UHGV virus genome: UHGV-1493261
Strand: one strand, 5' to 3'
Length of the DNA stretch: 64,000 nucleotides
Origin: a virus
Of the stretch, positions 25,560 to 35,676 are shown one piece after another. The notes under the pieces are model-generated. The model had not been told where the DNA came from, ran no database searches, and saw nothing but the letters and a program-made list of their open reading frames with translations. Each line of letters begins with the position of its first letter. Positions within the stretch are counted from its first letter, which is position 1. The position numbers were made by a program, and so were the translations under genes.

Positions 25560-26087
25560 ATGATAGAAATTTATTCTGACGGGGGTTCTAACCCGAAGAC
25601 CAACCAGGCCGCAGGCTGGGCATTTGTCATCAGGCCAATAACGGGTATGCAATGGAAGGTGTTCTTCGGCCATCTACCTCCCCCGTCCACCAACAATATC
25701 GCCGAGTTGTTGGGCGTGACCAACGCATTGAAGCTACTGTGGGCATTCTCAGGAAAGGGTGAGCGCAGAATACCAAAGGCAACAATTTGGTCTGACAGCC
25801 AATACACCATCAAGAGTGTCACCGAATGGCGAACGAAGTGGGAGTATCAGGGGTTCCCAGAAAAGAACGTTGAACTCATCAAAGATCTGTTCAGAATCTA
25901 TGATCTCGTTTGTTCAATCTGTGAAGTTGAACTAAAATGGGTTAAGGGTCATGCGGGGCACGAAGGCAACGAACTTGCCGATGACTGGGCCACAGCAGCC
26001 AAAAACGACAGCAACTTCCTGATTGAGAATGACAATATCTCGGTGAAGAAGGTTGTTGGATCTTTTGATGAATTTATCGGTATCTGA
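25560..26087 (+). CDS. RNase HI-type ribonuclease H
   Basis: Start at ATG 25560 inside track ORF 25464. IEIYSDGG...WSDSQY...WVKGHAGHEGNELADDWA match E. coli RnhA motifs (TDGS, TDSQY, VKGHAGHPENERCDELA). Confidence 0.85.
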   Translation: MIEIYSDGGSNPKTNQAAGWAFVIRPITGMQWKVFFGHLPPPSTNNIAELLGVTNALKLLWAFSGKGERRIPKATIWSDSQYTIKSVTEWRTKWEYQGFPEKNVELIKDLFRIYDLVCSICEVELKWVKGHAGHEGNELADDWATAAKNDSNFLIENDNISVKKVVGSFDEFIGI

Positions 26088-26098
26088 GGGCTATCATA

Positions 26099-26890
26099 AT
26101 GGGAATGAACTTCGTGGACAGAGGGGAGAATGTCGTCAAATATTTCACAGACGAAGATAACGAGCGTGTCATCAGCATCCTGCGTGATTGGATCCCTGCT
26201 CGTAAGAAGGCTCTGGCTGAAGGCACCAGGCTTCCAAAGATCCCCAACTATGTTGCTCTACAGGTCCAGCGCATCATCACCAAGATGAGCACCCGCTACA
26301 ACTATCGCGACTATCCCTTCCGTGAAGACATGGTCTCTGAAGCAATAGTCAACATATTGCGCTACCTCCACACATTTGACGTCGAACACATTGGAAAGAA
26401 AGGGAAGATCAACTTCTTCTCTTGGGTGACCATGTGTGCTGATCGATCATTTGCTCGTAAACTGAACATCGAAGAAGAGCACACGTACATTAAATTGCGC
26501 TCATTTGAAGAGGCGGGTGGGTTCGCAGGCCTGGCAGACGACCCCGACTTCCAACAAGAGATCTTTGTTGACGCGACAGGGATTGGTATGGACTTCCGTG
26601 AGCGTATCGGCAACTTTGAGAACAAAAAGGACGCTCAAAGACAGAAGGAGCGAGAGAAGGTGGAGGCAGCTCGTCTCGCAGAATCGAATAAAAAGATTGC
26701 GAAAGGCATACTTCAATACATGGCGCAGGCTAAGAATACGGTAACAGCGCAGGCCGAAGACAATTCAGATCAGGACTTTGGCAAAACCCAATTCAATCTG
26801 GAAGATGATATCTGTGCGATGGAACCAGATTGGGAAGCCCTCAAACAAAGATTAGAAGAACGGGAGAAAAAGAATAATGGCGATTGCTAA
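26099..26890 (+). CDS. gp55: late sigma factor (gp55-like), tentative
   Basis: 263 aa immediately upstream of gp47/gp46, as in T4. Weak resemblance to the gp55 core (F..Y...M...LH.FD spacing). Exact TATAAATA late promoters in the window make a gp55-type factor plausible. Confidence 0.45.
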   Translation: MGMNFVDRGENVVKYFTDEDNERVISILRDWIPARKKALAEGTRLPKIPNYVALQVQRIITKMSTRYNYRDYPFREDMVSEAIVNILRYLHTFDVEHIGKKGKINFFSWVTMCADRSFARKLNIEEEHTYIKLRSFEEAGGFAGLADDPDFQQEIFVDATGIGMDFRERIGNFENKKDAQRQKEREKVEAARLAESNKKIAKGILQYMAQAKNTVTAQAEDNSDQDFGKTQFNLEDDICAMEPDWEALKQRLEEREKKNNGDC

Positions 26891-27992
26891 AATCGGCGAT
26901 CTGCATATCGGGAGCCGTAATGGTTCCCGTTACGTTCGCGACTTCATCAAGAACTACCTCATCAATTATTTCATCCCTGAACTTGCCGACTCTGATATCA
27001 AAGAGGTCTGGCAGTTCGGTGATACGTTTGATGTCCGCAAATTCATGTACGGTCGTGACAAAGACTGGCTGAAGGATGAACTCACCCCTGCGTTGAAAGC
27101 GGCTGGTATCAAGTGGAATGGCATCGTGGGCAACCATGACATCACCCTGGAAGAGTCCAACCGCATCAACTGGCCATCCTACCTGAACGAACTCGACCCG
27201 GATGTGTACTGCTATTACAGCGAACCGACCGAAGTGATGATCGAGGGTGTCAAGACTCTGCTGCTGCCTTGGATCAACAAGGAGAACTATGATGCGTCTA
27301 TTAAAGCGATACAGGATACAGACGCCGAGTACTGTTTTGCGCATCTGGAGCTGGCGGGGTTCAAAATGTACCAGTCTTCTACTTGTGATCACGGTCAGAT
27401 CGACGTTGCGCTGCTTTCCAAGTTTACCAGGGTCGACACGGGGCATTTCCATACCCGTTCGATGGAAGGTAACATTCAATATATTGGGACTCCGTATCAC
27501 CTGAACTGGGAAGACTACAAAGACGGGACCAATCGTGGCTTCTATGTAGACGACATGCGTGGTGGTGAGATCTTTATCCCGAACGCCGAGCACCAGACGC
27601 TGTTCCGCTATGTGGAATATGATTACACCAAGTTGTCCTCTGATGAAGAAGGTAATTGGATCGACCCGGAATGGTTGAACACAGGCTTGGGTATTGAAGG
27701 GCAAATCGTTAAGGTTATTGTACAGAACCGTGACAATGCTAAGCATTATGAAAAGTTCTGTGATGCCATGAAGCGATGCAAGTGTATTGACTACAACTTC
27801 ATCGACCGGACGATTACTGTTGCTGCCGAGAAGGTTGAGGTCACCGAAGAGATGGTGGCGACCGATGCGGTGGAAGTCCTGAAGAAGGATATCCGCGCCG
27901 GGAACAACATTCAGCGCCCCGACAACGTCTGTAAACTGGCAGAGCACTTCTATAATGCTGCCCAACAACGCCTGAACAAACTGGATGCATAA
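26877..27992 (+). CDS. gp47: Mre11-like nuclease (gp47-like, SbcD family)
   Basis: Metallophosphatase motifs GDLHIG, GDTFD, GNHD. GGAGAA RBS. Followed directly by the Rad50-like gene. Confidence 0.85.
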   Translation: MAIAKIGDLHIGSRNGSRYVRDFIKNYLINYFIPELADSDIKEVWQFGDTFDVRKFMYGRDKDWLKDELTPALKAAGIKWNGIVGNHDITLEESNRINWPSYLNELDPDVYCYYSEPTEVMIEGVKTLLLPWINKENYDASIKAIQDTDAEYCFAHLELAGFKMYQSSTCDHGQIDVALLSKFTRVDTGHFHTRSMEGNIQYIGTPYHLNWEDYKDGTNRGFYVDDMRGGEIFIPNAEHQTLFRYVEYDYTKLSSDEEGNWIDPEWLNTGLGIEGQIVKVIVQNRDNAKHYEKFCDAMKRCKCIDYNFIDRTITVAAEKVEVTEEMVATDAVEVLKKDIRAGNNIQRPDNVCKLAEHFYNAAQQRLNKLDA

Positions 27993-30330
27993 CATGACTC
28001 AGAGCACAGATATCTTGACCAAATTTGGTAATCTTTTGAAGGAAGCCGACGCCCCGGTCGAGGTTGAAGTCCCATTTGAAGTGCGTAACGTTGTTACACA
28101 CAAACTGACCTTCCGCAAAGGCCGCGCCAAGAACTTCCGCTCCATCGGCAATCAGTTCATGGAGATTGATTATCAGCGCAACCCGGCCACCCTTGTCACT
28201 TCTGATGACAACGGCGCGGGTAAATCCACTATGCTGGTATGGCTGCTGTTTTTCGTACTGTACAACGACACGTACAGTAAGAAGGAGAAGAAGGCAGGCC
28301 TGGTTAACTCACAAAGCCGCAAGGAATGTGTGGGTGAGGTGGAGTTTGCCTGCCGTGGTAGCGAATGGAAGGTTCGCCGTGGCATTAAACCTGACTTTGT
28401 TGAAGTCTACCAGATGGTGGACGGCAAGTGGTTGAAGATCGATAACGAAGCAGCCAAGGCCGACATGAACAAGTACATCGTGAACCTCATCGGTGTAGAC
28501 CAGAAGATGTTTGAGAACTCTCTGGTGCTGGGTAAAGAGAAGTTCATTCCGTTTACGGAGATGTACACTGCCGACCGTCGCGCCATGGTGGAGACAATTT
28601 GGGACTTGGGCTTCTTCAGCCTGATGAACGAAGATGTCAAGGCCGCCATCAAAAAGGCAAATGCAACGCTGGACTCCATATCTAACGAATGCGCACTGAA
28701 GGTTATTGACCACACCAACAAGAAGACGCAGCTTCAGCAGATCGAGCAATCCAACGCCCTGATCCAACAGCAGTCGGCCGATATCCTTGTACAGCAACAG
28801 GAAGCCCTGAATTCCCTGGATGCTGACATCGCTTCCCAGAACGAAGAGCGCACCCGCCTCACTGCGGTTGAGTTAGAAGCCACCCAGGAAATGAAGACGG
28901 TAGAAAACCGCCTGCATGATGAATCCATGGTGGAGATCGAGGCTGTCAAGAAAGACTTTGATACCAAGATCCAGGCGGTGAAGGACGCCGCGCAGGACAA
29001 GGCTGACGATTATGAGCGCATCGAAGTGTCTACTGCGGAGCATGATCTTCAGGTCTTGCGTGACCGCGCCTTTACAGTGGCCGAACGCAAGAACACCCTG
29101 CTGACCGAGCGCAACACAAACCTGGACGCTCTGAACGCTGCTATTCAGCGCCGCCAGCAGGGTGAGAACTTCCGCATCAAGTTCCAGACCGAAATGGATG
29201 GCCACCAGTCGGCCATCAAGCGCTTCCACGACATGGGGACTTGCCCAACATGTACCCAACTGGTGTCTGATGACACCAAGGCGCGGATTGAGAGTGAGTA
29301 CAATCCTCAGATCCAGGAACTACAGTCGAAGTTAGATCAACTGGACAAAGTTACCGCCGATATCAATGTCCTGATCGATGACCACAAAGCCCAGGACGAC
29401 AAGTTGGTTGCTGACATTGCTGTGTTGGATGCTGAACTGGATGCAATGCGCAAGCAGGCCGACGAAATCGTTGACAACATCAAGCAGCTGCGCCGTGATA
29501 TTCAAGGTTTTCATGATGCCGCCACGATTGAGTGTAATTCGCTGAACCGTGAATGCCAACAGAAGATCCTTGACATCCGTAAGGCACTGAACGTTCGTTT
29601 TGAAGACATCACTGCGTCACTACAACAAACGCGAGAGAATGCCGTCAGCGGGATTAAAGCCGTCGATGATAAGATCGCCGAGCTGAAAGCCCGTCGTGCT
29701 CCTCTCGTGGCGTCTATTGCCGATCTGGAGCGTAAACTGGCTGTACAGCCAACACCTACCACCGACCTAGAGAACTCTATCGCTGCGTTGGAGGGTGAAC
29801 TGGAGGATCTATACCAGCGCCGCGAGGATGCCGACCAGGAACTCCAGGACTTACAGCACCTGCTGTTCTTCTTGAAAGATGACCAGACCAAGGCGCGTAT
29901 CATCGCCCTGTATCTGCCATTCCTCAATAGCAAGATCAACGAGTATCTTGAAGCCCTCAACATGTTCTTGGACATCGTTGTTGACGATACCTTTGAGATC
30001 ACCATGAGCGCAGCAGGCCGCAAAGGACAGAGTATCTTCTCCCTGTCTACTGGTCAGCGCAGTCGTCTGAACCTGGCTGTGACATTAGCCCTGCGCGATG
30101 TGGCTAACCTCAAGGCGTCTGTACAATGTAACCTGTTCGTGCTGGACGAGATCCTTGAGAACATGAGCGAGCGCGGGGTGCAGGAATCGGTTGAGATGTT
30201 GAAGCATAAGTTCGGCGGGAACAACCTGTTTGTCATCAGCCAGCGTGAGCAGGAGTTCCAGGAATACTTCCAACACAATATTCGCTATGGCCTGCGCAAC
30301 GGCCTGACCGAAGTTATCAAGAAGGATTGA
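27985..30330 (+). CDS. gp46: Rad50-like ATPase (gp46-like, SbcC family)
   Basis: Walker A DDNGAGKST, long coiled coils, CPTC zinc hook, signature LSTGQRSRLNLA, Walker B FVLDE. Alternative start at ATG 27994. Confidence 0.85.
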   Translation: MHNMTQSTDILTKFGNLLKEADAPVEVEVPFEVRNVVTHKLTFRKGRAKNFRSIGNQFMEIDYQRNPATLVTSDDNGAGKSTMLVWLLFFVLYNDTYSKKEKKAGLVNSQSRKECVGEVEFACRGSEWKVRRGIKPDFVEVYQMVDGKWLKIDNEAAKADMNKYIVNLIGVDQKMFENSLVLGKEKFIPFTEMYTADRRAMVETIWDLGFFSLMNEDVKAAIKKANATLDSISNECALKVIDHTNKKTQLQQIEQSNALIQQQSADILVQQQEALNSLDADIASQNEERTRLTAVELEATQEMKTVENRLHDESMVEIEAVKKDFDTKIQAVKDAAQDKADDYERIEVSTAEHDLQVLRDRAFTVAERKNTLLTERNTNLDALNAAIQRRQQGENFRIKFQTEMDGHQSAIKRFHDMGTCPTCTQLVSDDTKARIESEYNPQIQELQSKLDQLDKVTADINVLIDDHKAQDDKLVADIAVLDAELDAMRKQADEIVDNIKQLRRDIQGFHDAATIECNSLNRECQQKILDIRKALNVRFEDITASLQQTRENAVSGIKAVDDKIAELKARRAPLVASIADLERKLAVQPTPTTDLENSIAALEGELEDLYQRREDADQELQDLQHLLFFLKDDQTKARIIALYLPFLNSKINEYLEALNMFLDIVVDDTFEITMSAAGRKGQSIFSLSTGQRSRLNLAVTLALRDVANLKASVQCNLFVLDEILENMSERGVQESVEMLKHKFGGNNLFVISQREQEFQEYFQHNIRYGLRNGLTEVIKKD

Positions 30331-30332
30331 TC

Positions 30333-30497
30333 ATGAACTACGAACAAATTAAACTCGCAATCCTGGTCTTTGCATGCATCATTGACATCGTTGCGTTTTC
30401 TCGTGAAGTCGAAAGGAAAAACTACCTGAAAGCACTGGGGTATCTCGGGTTCTCTGTCTGGTTCTGTTATCTACTTGCAGGTCAAATCCTGAAATGA
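30333..30497 (+). CDS. small membrane peptide (54 aa)
   Basis: ATG 30333 just after the gp46 stop. MNYEQIKLAILVFACIIDIVAF...LGFSVWFCYLLAGQILK: two hydrophobic segments. Stop overlaps the next ATG as ATGA. Not in track (under 60 aa). Confidence 0.4.
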   Translation: MNYEQIKLAILVFACIIDIVAFSREVERKNYLKALGYLGFSVWFCYLLAGQILK

Positions 30498-30823
30498 AAG
30501 TCGTCCACTTCAAGAAGGAGCCATATGACGTCTACATTGGTCGGCCTGGTAAATGGGGGAACCCGTTTGAGGTCAAAGACCATGGACGAGGCGTCTGTAT
30601 CGAACTGTTTGAGGACGACCTGTATGTGCGCCTGATTGAAGGGGATATCACTGAGGATGAACTCCTTGATCTTGACGGGAAGGTATTGGGGTGCTGGTGT
30701 AAGCCGCGCCCCTGTCACGGAGATGTTTACGTCAAAGTCATTGGTCGTATTAAACTATTCCGCAAGCTGGGTAAATCCTTTACCGAACACCTGAGACAAA
30801 CGTATGTCAGAAAACAAAGATGA
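30494..30823 (+). CDS. DUF4326-like protein
   Basis: GRPGKWGNPF ... LGCWCKPRPCHGD matches the DUF4326 signature (WGNPF ... CWC.P..CHGD). Confidence 0.55.
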   Translation: MKVVHFKKEPYDVYIGRPGKWGNPFEVKDHGRGVCIELFEDDLYVRLIEGDITEDELLDLDGKVLGCWCKPRPCHGDVYVKVIGRIKLFRKLGKSFTEHLRQTYVRKQR

Positions 30824-31088
30824 AATTCAGGAATCCTGTGACATTGCTGTGGAGATATGGAATCGCAGGAATCCTCATTACCAAGTGACCGTCACTCTGA
30901 ATCGTTATCTTGAGCAGGGCGGCCTGATTGTGGTTGATGCTGTACTCGCTTTCAACAAGTACCAAGATATGCAGATCCTGGACGGCAACTTTACCGTCGC
31001 GACCAAGACGGCATGGGATGACCCTCTACAGTTCGTCTATGGCTGGCTGGAGTGTATCGAGGAATCCTACCACCTCATCTACGAATGA
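30804..31088 (+). CDS. hypothetical protein
   Basis: 94 aa. Overlaps the upstream gene by 20 nt. Terminator at 31095-31129. Confidence 0.45.
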   Translation: MSENKDEIQESCDIAVEIWNRRNPHYQVTVTLNRYLEQGGLIVVDAVLAFNKYQDMQILDGNFTVATKTAWDDPLQFVYGWLECIEESYHLIYE

Positions 31089-31094
31089 GGCTGA

Positions 31095-31129
31095 AGGGCA
31101 CTAAATATCACGTGCCCTTTATCTTTTAA
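31095..31129 (+). terminator. rho-independent terminator
   Basis: AGGGCAC / 10-nt loop / GTGCCCT then TTATCTTTT. Confidence 0.55.
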
Positions 31130-31184
31130 CCCCTGTCAGGAGGCTCAATCGAGCTGCAAGTCGACAAACATAAGGAACGCCATC

Positions 31185-31799
31185 ATGACGATGACAACGT
31201 TGAAGGCCATGGCCTTGTCCGTGACCTTTACCATTGCCAGCGGGAATGTGCACGCTTCCCAAAATACAAGTCAATGTGGTTATAATTTCTCCGAGCAACA
31301 ACTTAATACGATGGCAACCGCCTATCACGTAGGCAAGACACAAGATCTTGGCTACACTCTGGCCGCCATATCTTGGCGAGAGAGCCGCGCTGGTGAAGAT
31401 GTAGTGTCAATGCGATACGGCCTCAAGGCGGCCAACATGGGAGCCTTTCAGAACAAGGTGAAGACAGTTGGTGATCGCGAAGGTTGTAAGAATCGCAAGT
31501 GCTATGCCAATGTCGCCATAAAGTTGCTGACCGACCAAGAATATGCCGCGCAAGCCGCCCTCGATGAGATGCAGTTCTGGCTGACCTATCACAATCAGAA
31601 TATCCGCAAATCCCTCTCCTCTTACAATGCTGGCTTCGCCCGTAATCCTGCATCGAACGCTTATGCTGCCGACGTCGTGAAGAAAGCTAAATATCTTCAG
31701 AAATGTGTGTCTTTCGAAGGCCGGACCATCTCCGAGGTAGATCCTCAGGTGATCGCCATGAACAAGCACACAATAGAGAAACTGAAGAGGACAAGATAA
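31185..31799 (+). CDS. exported protein, possible lytic transglycosylase-like
   Basis: Signal peptide MTMTTLKAMALSVTFTIASGNVHA. ISWRESRAG ... GAFQ ... SYNAG loosely resemble SLT motifs (ES...GA.GLMQ, AYNAG). AAGGAA RBS. Confidence 0.45.
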   Translation: MTMTTLKAMALSVTFTIASGNVHASQNTSQCGYNFSEQQLNTMATAYHVGKTQDLGYTLAAISWRESRAGEDVVSMRYGLKAANMGAFQNKVKTVGDREGCKNRKCYANVAIKLLTDQEYAAQAALDEMQFWLTYHNQNIRKSLSSYNAGFARNPASNAYAADVVKKAKYLQKCVSFEGRTISEVDPQVIAMNKHTIEKLKRTR

Positions 31800-32437
31800 T
31801 GAACATCACTCCATCTCAGGCCGGATATGAACATATCTTGGTCTTCATTGCTCTACAGGGTGCGAAGGAAGGCATCATCGTATCCGAGTACTCAGGCACG
31901 GTTCGCCTTGCTGATTATGTCGCACCGGAGGCATTTATCAAGAAGTGTATTGACGCATGGTGCCTCTATGCCCTCAGCACATACCCTGCTCCTCCTGATG
32001 GCGAGCTGTTGTTTACTGTACCGACTCCAGCTGCTGGCGATACGGACGCGATCTTTGCCGATATGCTGGCCAAGGGGTATCTGGTGTATGACCTCACCCA
32101 CGATGTCTACTCCTTTACTTCGCTGAACACCGTGTTTGGATTCACCATCACATCTGAAGCCAACATCCCTGACTGGGGTATCTTGGCATGGGGTGTTGAC
32201 GGCCTGGGTGCAACCTACGCATCTTCTGACGTCGGTGCAGTTCTGATTGATGAGGGTGTCACCATGGAGCAGTACCTTGCCCAGTTCCCTCAGCACAATA
32301 TCACAGGCAGCGACATCATTTTGGTCCAGCCTGGCGCTATCGCTCTCCCCCGTTTGGTGGGTGGATGGAATCCTCGGCTGAAGGACATCATCGCAGGTAT
32401 TCGATCCCACATTCCGGTTGTGAATCCGACGCCGTAA
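31799..32437 (+). CDS. hypothetical protein
   Basis: Start at ATG 31799 (GAGGA RBS, TAATG overlap) inside track ORF 31703. 212 aa. Confidence 0.5.
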   Translation: MNITPSQAGYEHILVFIALQGAKEGIIVSEYSGTVRLADYVAPEAFIKKCIDAWCLYALSTYPAPPDGELLFTVPTPAAGDTDAIFADMLAKGYLVYDLTHDVYSFTSLNTVFGFTITSEANIPDWGILAWGVDGLGATYASSDVGAVLIDEGVTMEQYLAQFPQHNITGSDIILVQPGAIALPRLVGGWNPRLKDIIAGIRSHIPVVNPTP

Positions 32438-32451
32438 AAATAATTCAATAA

Positions 32452-32478
32452 AAGGGGCTTTCGCCCCTTTACTTCTTC
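32452..32478 (+). terminator. rho-independent terminator
   Basis: AAGGGGC / TTTC / GCCCCTT then TACTTCTTC. Confidence 0.6.
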
Positions 32479-32544
32479 AATATCCTTCCCTATACTTCAT
32501 TCCATAAGCAGTACGACACCAACTTGAAAAGCAGGAACTATATC

Positions 32545-32862
32545 ATGACACAACTCAAGAACTTCACAGCCGATGACATGTTTGCCTTCCAGGGTGCTGA
32601 GCACTTTGCTGACGGCTCCGTACCTCGCATCTACTACTTCTCCGACGAAGAGATGGAAGCGTTCTTCGACCTGATGGAAAAGGACTACGAACCAGGCGAC
32701 TTCGTTTATATCATCCATCACGCTGAAGGACTGACCTTGGGTTGGACGGCCAACAACGAACCAGAAGAAGTAAACTTCCCTGAAGGTATCATGTCAGAGC
32801 GCGTCGAATATCTACTGGAAGCCCTGGACCCCACACCCTCCCGCTCTGGGCGATGTCTGTAG
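32545..32862 (+). CDS. hypothetical acidic protein
   Basis: Start at ATG 32545 with context AGGAACTATATCATG. 5' leader homologous to that of gene 46262. Confidence 0.5.
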   Translation: MTQLKNFTADDMFAFQGAEHFADGSVPRIYYFSDEEMEAFFDLMEKDYEPGDFVYIIHHAEGLTLGWTANNEPEEVNFPEGIMSERVEYLLEALDPTPSRSGRCL

Positions 32863-32954
32863 CCCAAGTTCAAAAATAAGATAAGGGGGCTGACGCTCCC
32901 TTTTGGTTTCGCTAATTAGAAGAAACCGCCGTTAATTCAGTCAGGAGATATAAA

Positions 32955-35669
32955 ATGTCAAAGCTAAGTTTCCTCCAGTTCATGCAGGAAAGAGATCAGT
33001 TGGACGAAGCGTTCAACTCCGCTCCGTATGAGCTGACTATGGGTAAGAAGAACGCAGGCGATGTGTTCTTCACCTTCGTCGACGAAGATGAAAAGGAATA
33101 CCGTATTCAGTTCTATACCCCTCAGGGGCTGGGCAAGAGCGTTCGTCAGGTTTTCATCGGTCAGAAGCGCGGCTCCGTCTATCCTGACGCCATCGCTCGC
33201 TTCAAGAACCCAATGCGCGTTATCGCTTCCATGATCGAAGCGACCAAACAATTCATGGCGACTCCTCTGGGCAAGACCATCGATGGCTTTGCTGTCAACT
33301 TCTCGAAGAAAGCGCTGGATCGCGGTATGACCCTAATTCCTAAGATCATCCGCCAGTCCGGCCTGAAACAAAAACTGAATGTCATGGACCTGACCTACGC
33401 GCCTGTCCCTGACCGTGGTTATGTGTGGCTGGTCCGCAAGGGTAAAGATCCGGCTCAGGTATTCGACGGTCCGAAGATGCAGGGTATCACCTGGGATGAT
33501 CCAGACAAGGTCGGCGACGTTCCGGTTCAGAATAATACTTCGGATGTGGGAGTTGGGGCTGGTTCTTCTGAAATCGAAGTCAACCGCGAGTGGTACAACA
33601 GCTCGGACACTGGTCTGGAGTTGAAGAGCGGGCGAGACCCGATTCGTGGAAACTACGTCCGCCTGATAAGCGGTTCGAAAGAAGTAGCCGCATTCTATGG
33701 TTATGATTTTGACAAATATCCAGACGGGACTGAGGTATCTTGGAATATGAAGCGCGGCTTCACCAACCAAGACTTGGTCGGTGCGTCCATGACCAAACAG
33801 AAGAAAGGCATGTACGATCAGTACACTTTCAAGAAAGGTGCTCAGATAATTCTGGTGGTGGACGTTGACACCAGCAATGACACCAGCAATGACACCAGCA
33901 ATGACAACGGTTGGAAACTCACAAAAGCCGATGCCACTCAACCAATGTTAGTATGGGCGGGGAAAGAAAAAGGTCGCTTAGTCACGGCAAATATCGCTCC
34001 CCACTACAATGAGCCGGGCGTGTATGTTGGCGCATACATGAATGAGAAACCTGTGCGTGGGCAAAGTGCTGATTTCATTGCTCGTCAGTTGAAATTACCA
34101 CAAGTCCCTATCAGTATCCTGAATGATTTCACCACGGCGTCCACAAAATTTTGGAAAGGTTCTCAGCAGAAGTCCGCGCCAGCTGACTCTAACACCACAA
34201 TCGGGGCAACCAGTATCGATCAATTGCGTGACAGCGGTTTCATCGCTCGTGTTCTGGGTATCATTGATGCCAACATTGACCAGAAAGCAAGCCATCTCCC
34301 AGGGGAAAGCATTAAGAAGATCGGACAGGCACGTTATCAAACTAAAGGTGGTCTGGTGATCATCGTCAGCTTCGATTCAGTCGATGGCAAGAATCTGACC
34401 TACAACGTGTTCTCTGAAATCGAAACTCAGCCTGGTGTCATCTCTGGCGATGCTCGTCTGGTGGCAAACAAAATCATGGAAACGATCACACACGTGGCCA
34501 AACATCAGTACACTGGCAAATGGGAAATTAGCGCAGTGCCAACAAGCGCTCCATACCCTATCAAAGCCATTCGCCGTTCTCGGGGCTGGGGTTATGTGGA
34601 AACCGCAAACTGGACTCTGAAAGTGTCCGACGCTGTCCTGAATCGTGTGAAGCCAGGGAACACTGCTCTGCTGGAACTCATCAAAGAACCTCCTCGTGGC
34701 AAGCACCTGCTGGTAATCATCCCAGAGAAGGGCGACAAGACCCTGATGCTGAAAGATCGTATTAGCGGGGCCATCTATGGTTCTATCGACCTGAATGCCC
34801 AGGGTGCTGATATGGTCAACTCTGGAACCCTGAAGATGCCACGCAACGCCATGGTGTTTGGCGAGACTGTCAACGGTATGTCTATCACTTGGTCTGGAAT
34901 CAATTTCCCGAAAACTGGGAAGTATGATGGTGCTGTATTGACCACGAATGTGACCTATTACTACGACAAAGGAAAAGTCGCGTTCACACCGATGATCTCC
35001 CAGAAAGGGCGGCTGCTGAACAATCCGAAGACATATGAACTTCCTTTGAATAAAGACATTGTTCAGGCATTGATCGATGAAATTTCTTCTAAAATGGAAA
35101 TGATATCTCGGAATATGCAAACTCTGAAAAGCACGTCGCATAATCCGAAACAAGTATTTTTGGACGACATTTCTGTTGACAACAACGGTTCAGTCCTTTG
35201 GCGCGGGTACGACATGGCGGATCGCCGCACTAATGATTTTATGTTGGGTATCCTGTCCAAAGAAACCGAGAGACTGGAGAAAGAGTCGAGTACTGCGAAG
35301 AAGACTGGTGCCGACCTTGCGGCATACGCCGACTCCATCCGCGACAACGCACCAAAAGGTCGCGACCTGGATTGGCAGATCTATGCAAGCCGTGATGGTC
35401 AGACTCTGAACGTGGACTGGGATATCACCTTCCGCCGCAACACAACTGAAGGGGCATATCGCGAGTTCAAAGCTCAGATTGACCGCGCCAACCAGTACCT
35501 GCAGACTCTGTACCGGGATGCGAAGTCCAAGGGTTACAACCCGACTGAACCAAACCTGATGACTCTGGCTAGCGCCCAGCAGTCTGACCAGTGGTCACAA
35601 GACAACGGGGAAAGCGCATACAGCGAGTACGAGCAGTCCCTGGGTGGAAACATGCAGATCAAGATCTGA
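32955..35669 (+). CDS. large hypothetical protein (904 aa) with internal DTSN tandem repeat
   Basis: AGGAGA RBS. No recognised catalytic motif. Perfect 12-nt x3 DNA repeat at 33867-33902 encoding (DTSN)3. Confidence 0.7.
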   Translation: MSKLSFLQFMQERDQLDEAFNSAPYELTMGKKNAGDVFFTFVDEDEKEYRIQFYTPQGLGKSVRQVFIGQKRGSVYPDAIARFKNPMRVIASMIEATKQFMATPLGKTIDGFAVNFSKKALDRGMTLIPKIIRQSGLKQKLNVMDLTYAPVPDRGYVWLVRKGKDPAQVFDGPKMQGITWDDPDKVGDVPVQNNTSDVGVGAGSSEIEVNREWYNSSDTGLELKSGRDPIRGNYVRLISGSKEVAAFYGYDFDKYPDGTEVSWNMKRGFTNQDLVGASMTKQKKGMYDQYTFKKGAQIILVVDVDTSNDTSNDTSNDNGWKLTKADATQPMLVWAGKEKGRLVTANIAPHYNEPGVYVGAYMNEKPVRGQSADFIARQLKLPQVPISILNDFTTASTKFWKGSQQKSAPADSNTTIGATSIDQLRDSGFIARVLGIIDANIDQKASHLPGESIKKIGQARYQTKGGLVIIVSFDSVDGKNLTYNVFSEIETQPGVISGDARLVANKIMETITHVAKHQYTGKWEISAVPTSAPYPIKAIRRSRGWGYVETANWTLKVSDAVLNRVKPGNTALLELIKEPPRGKHLLVIIPEKGDKTLMLKDRISGAIYGSIDLNAQGADMVNSGTLKMPRNAMVFGETVNGMSITWSGINFPKTGKYDGAVLTTNVTYYYDKGKVAFTPMISQKGRLLNNPKTYELPLNKDIVQALIDEISSKMEMISRNMQTLKSTSHNPKQVFLDDISVDNNGSVLWRGYDMADRRTNDFMLGILSKETERLEKESSTAKKTGADLAAYADSIRDNAPKGRDLDWQIYASRDGQTLNVDWDITFRRNTTEGAYREFKAQIDRANQYLQTLYRDAKSKGYNPTEPNLMTLASAQQSDQWSQDNGESAYSEYEQSLGGNMQIKI
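33867..33902 (+). repeat. perfect 12-nt x3 in-frame tandem repeat (GACACCAGCAAT)
   Basis: Encodes DTSN-DTSN-DTSN inside the 904-aa ORF. Confidence 0.8.
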
Positions 35670-35676
35670 TCATCGA

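Noticed and set aside
26841-27995. 384-aa minus-strand ORF antisense to the Mre11-like gene
   Set aside because: The + strand gene has clear metallophosphatase motifs; the minus ORF is its mirror frame.
34377-35153. 258-aa minus-strand ORF inside the 904-aa gene
   Set aside because: Antisense frame; His/Arg/Phe-rich composition.
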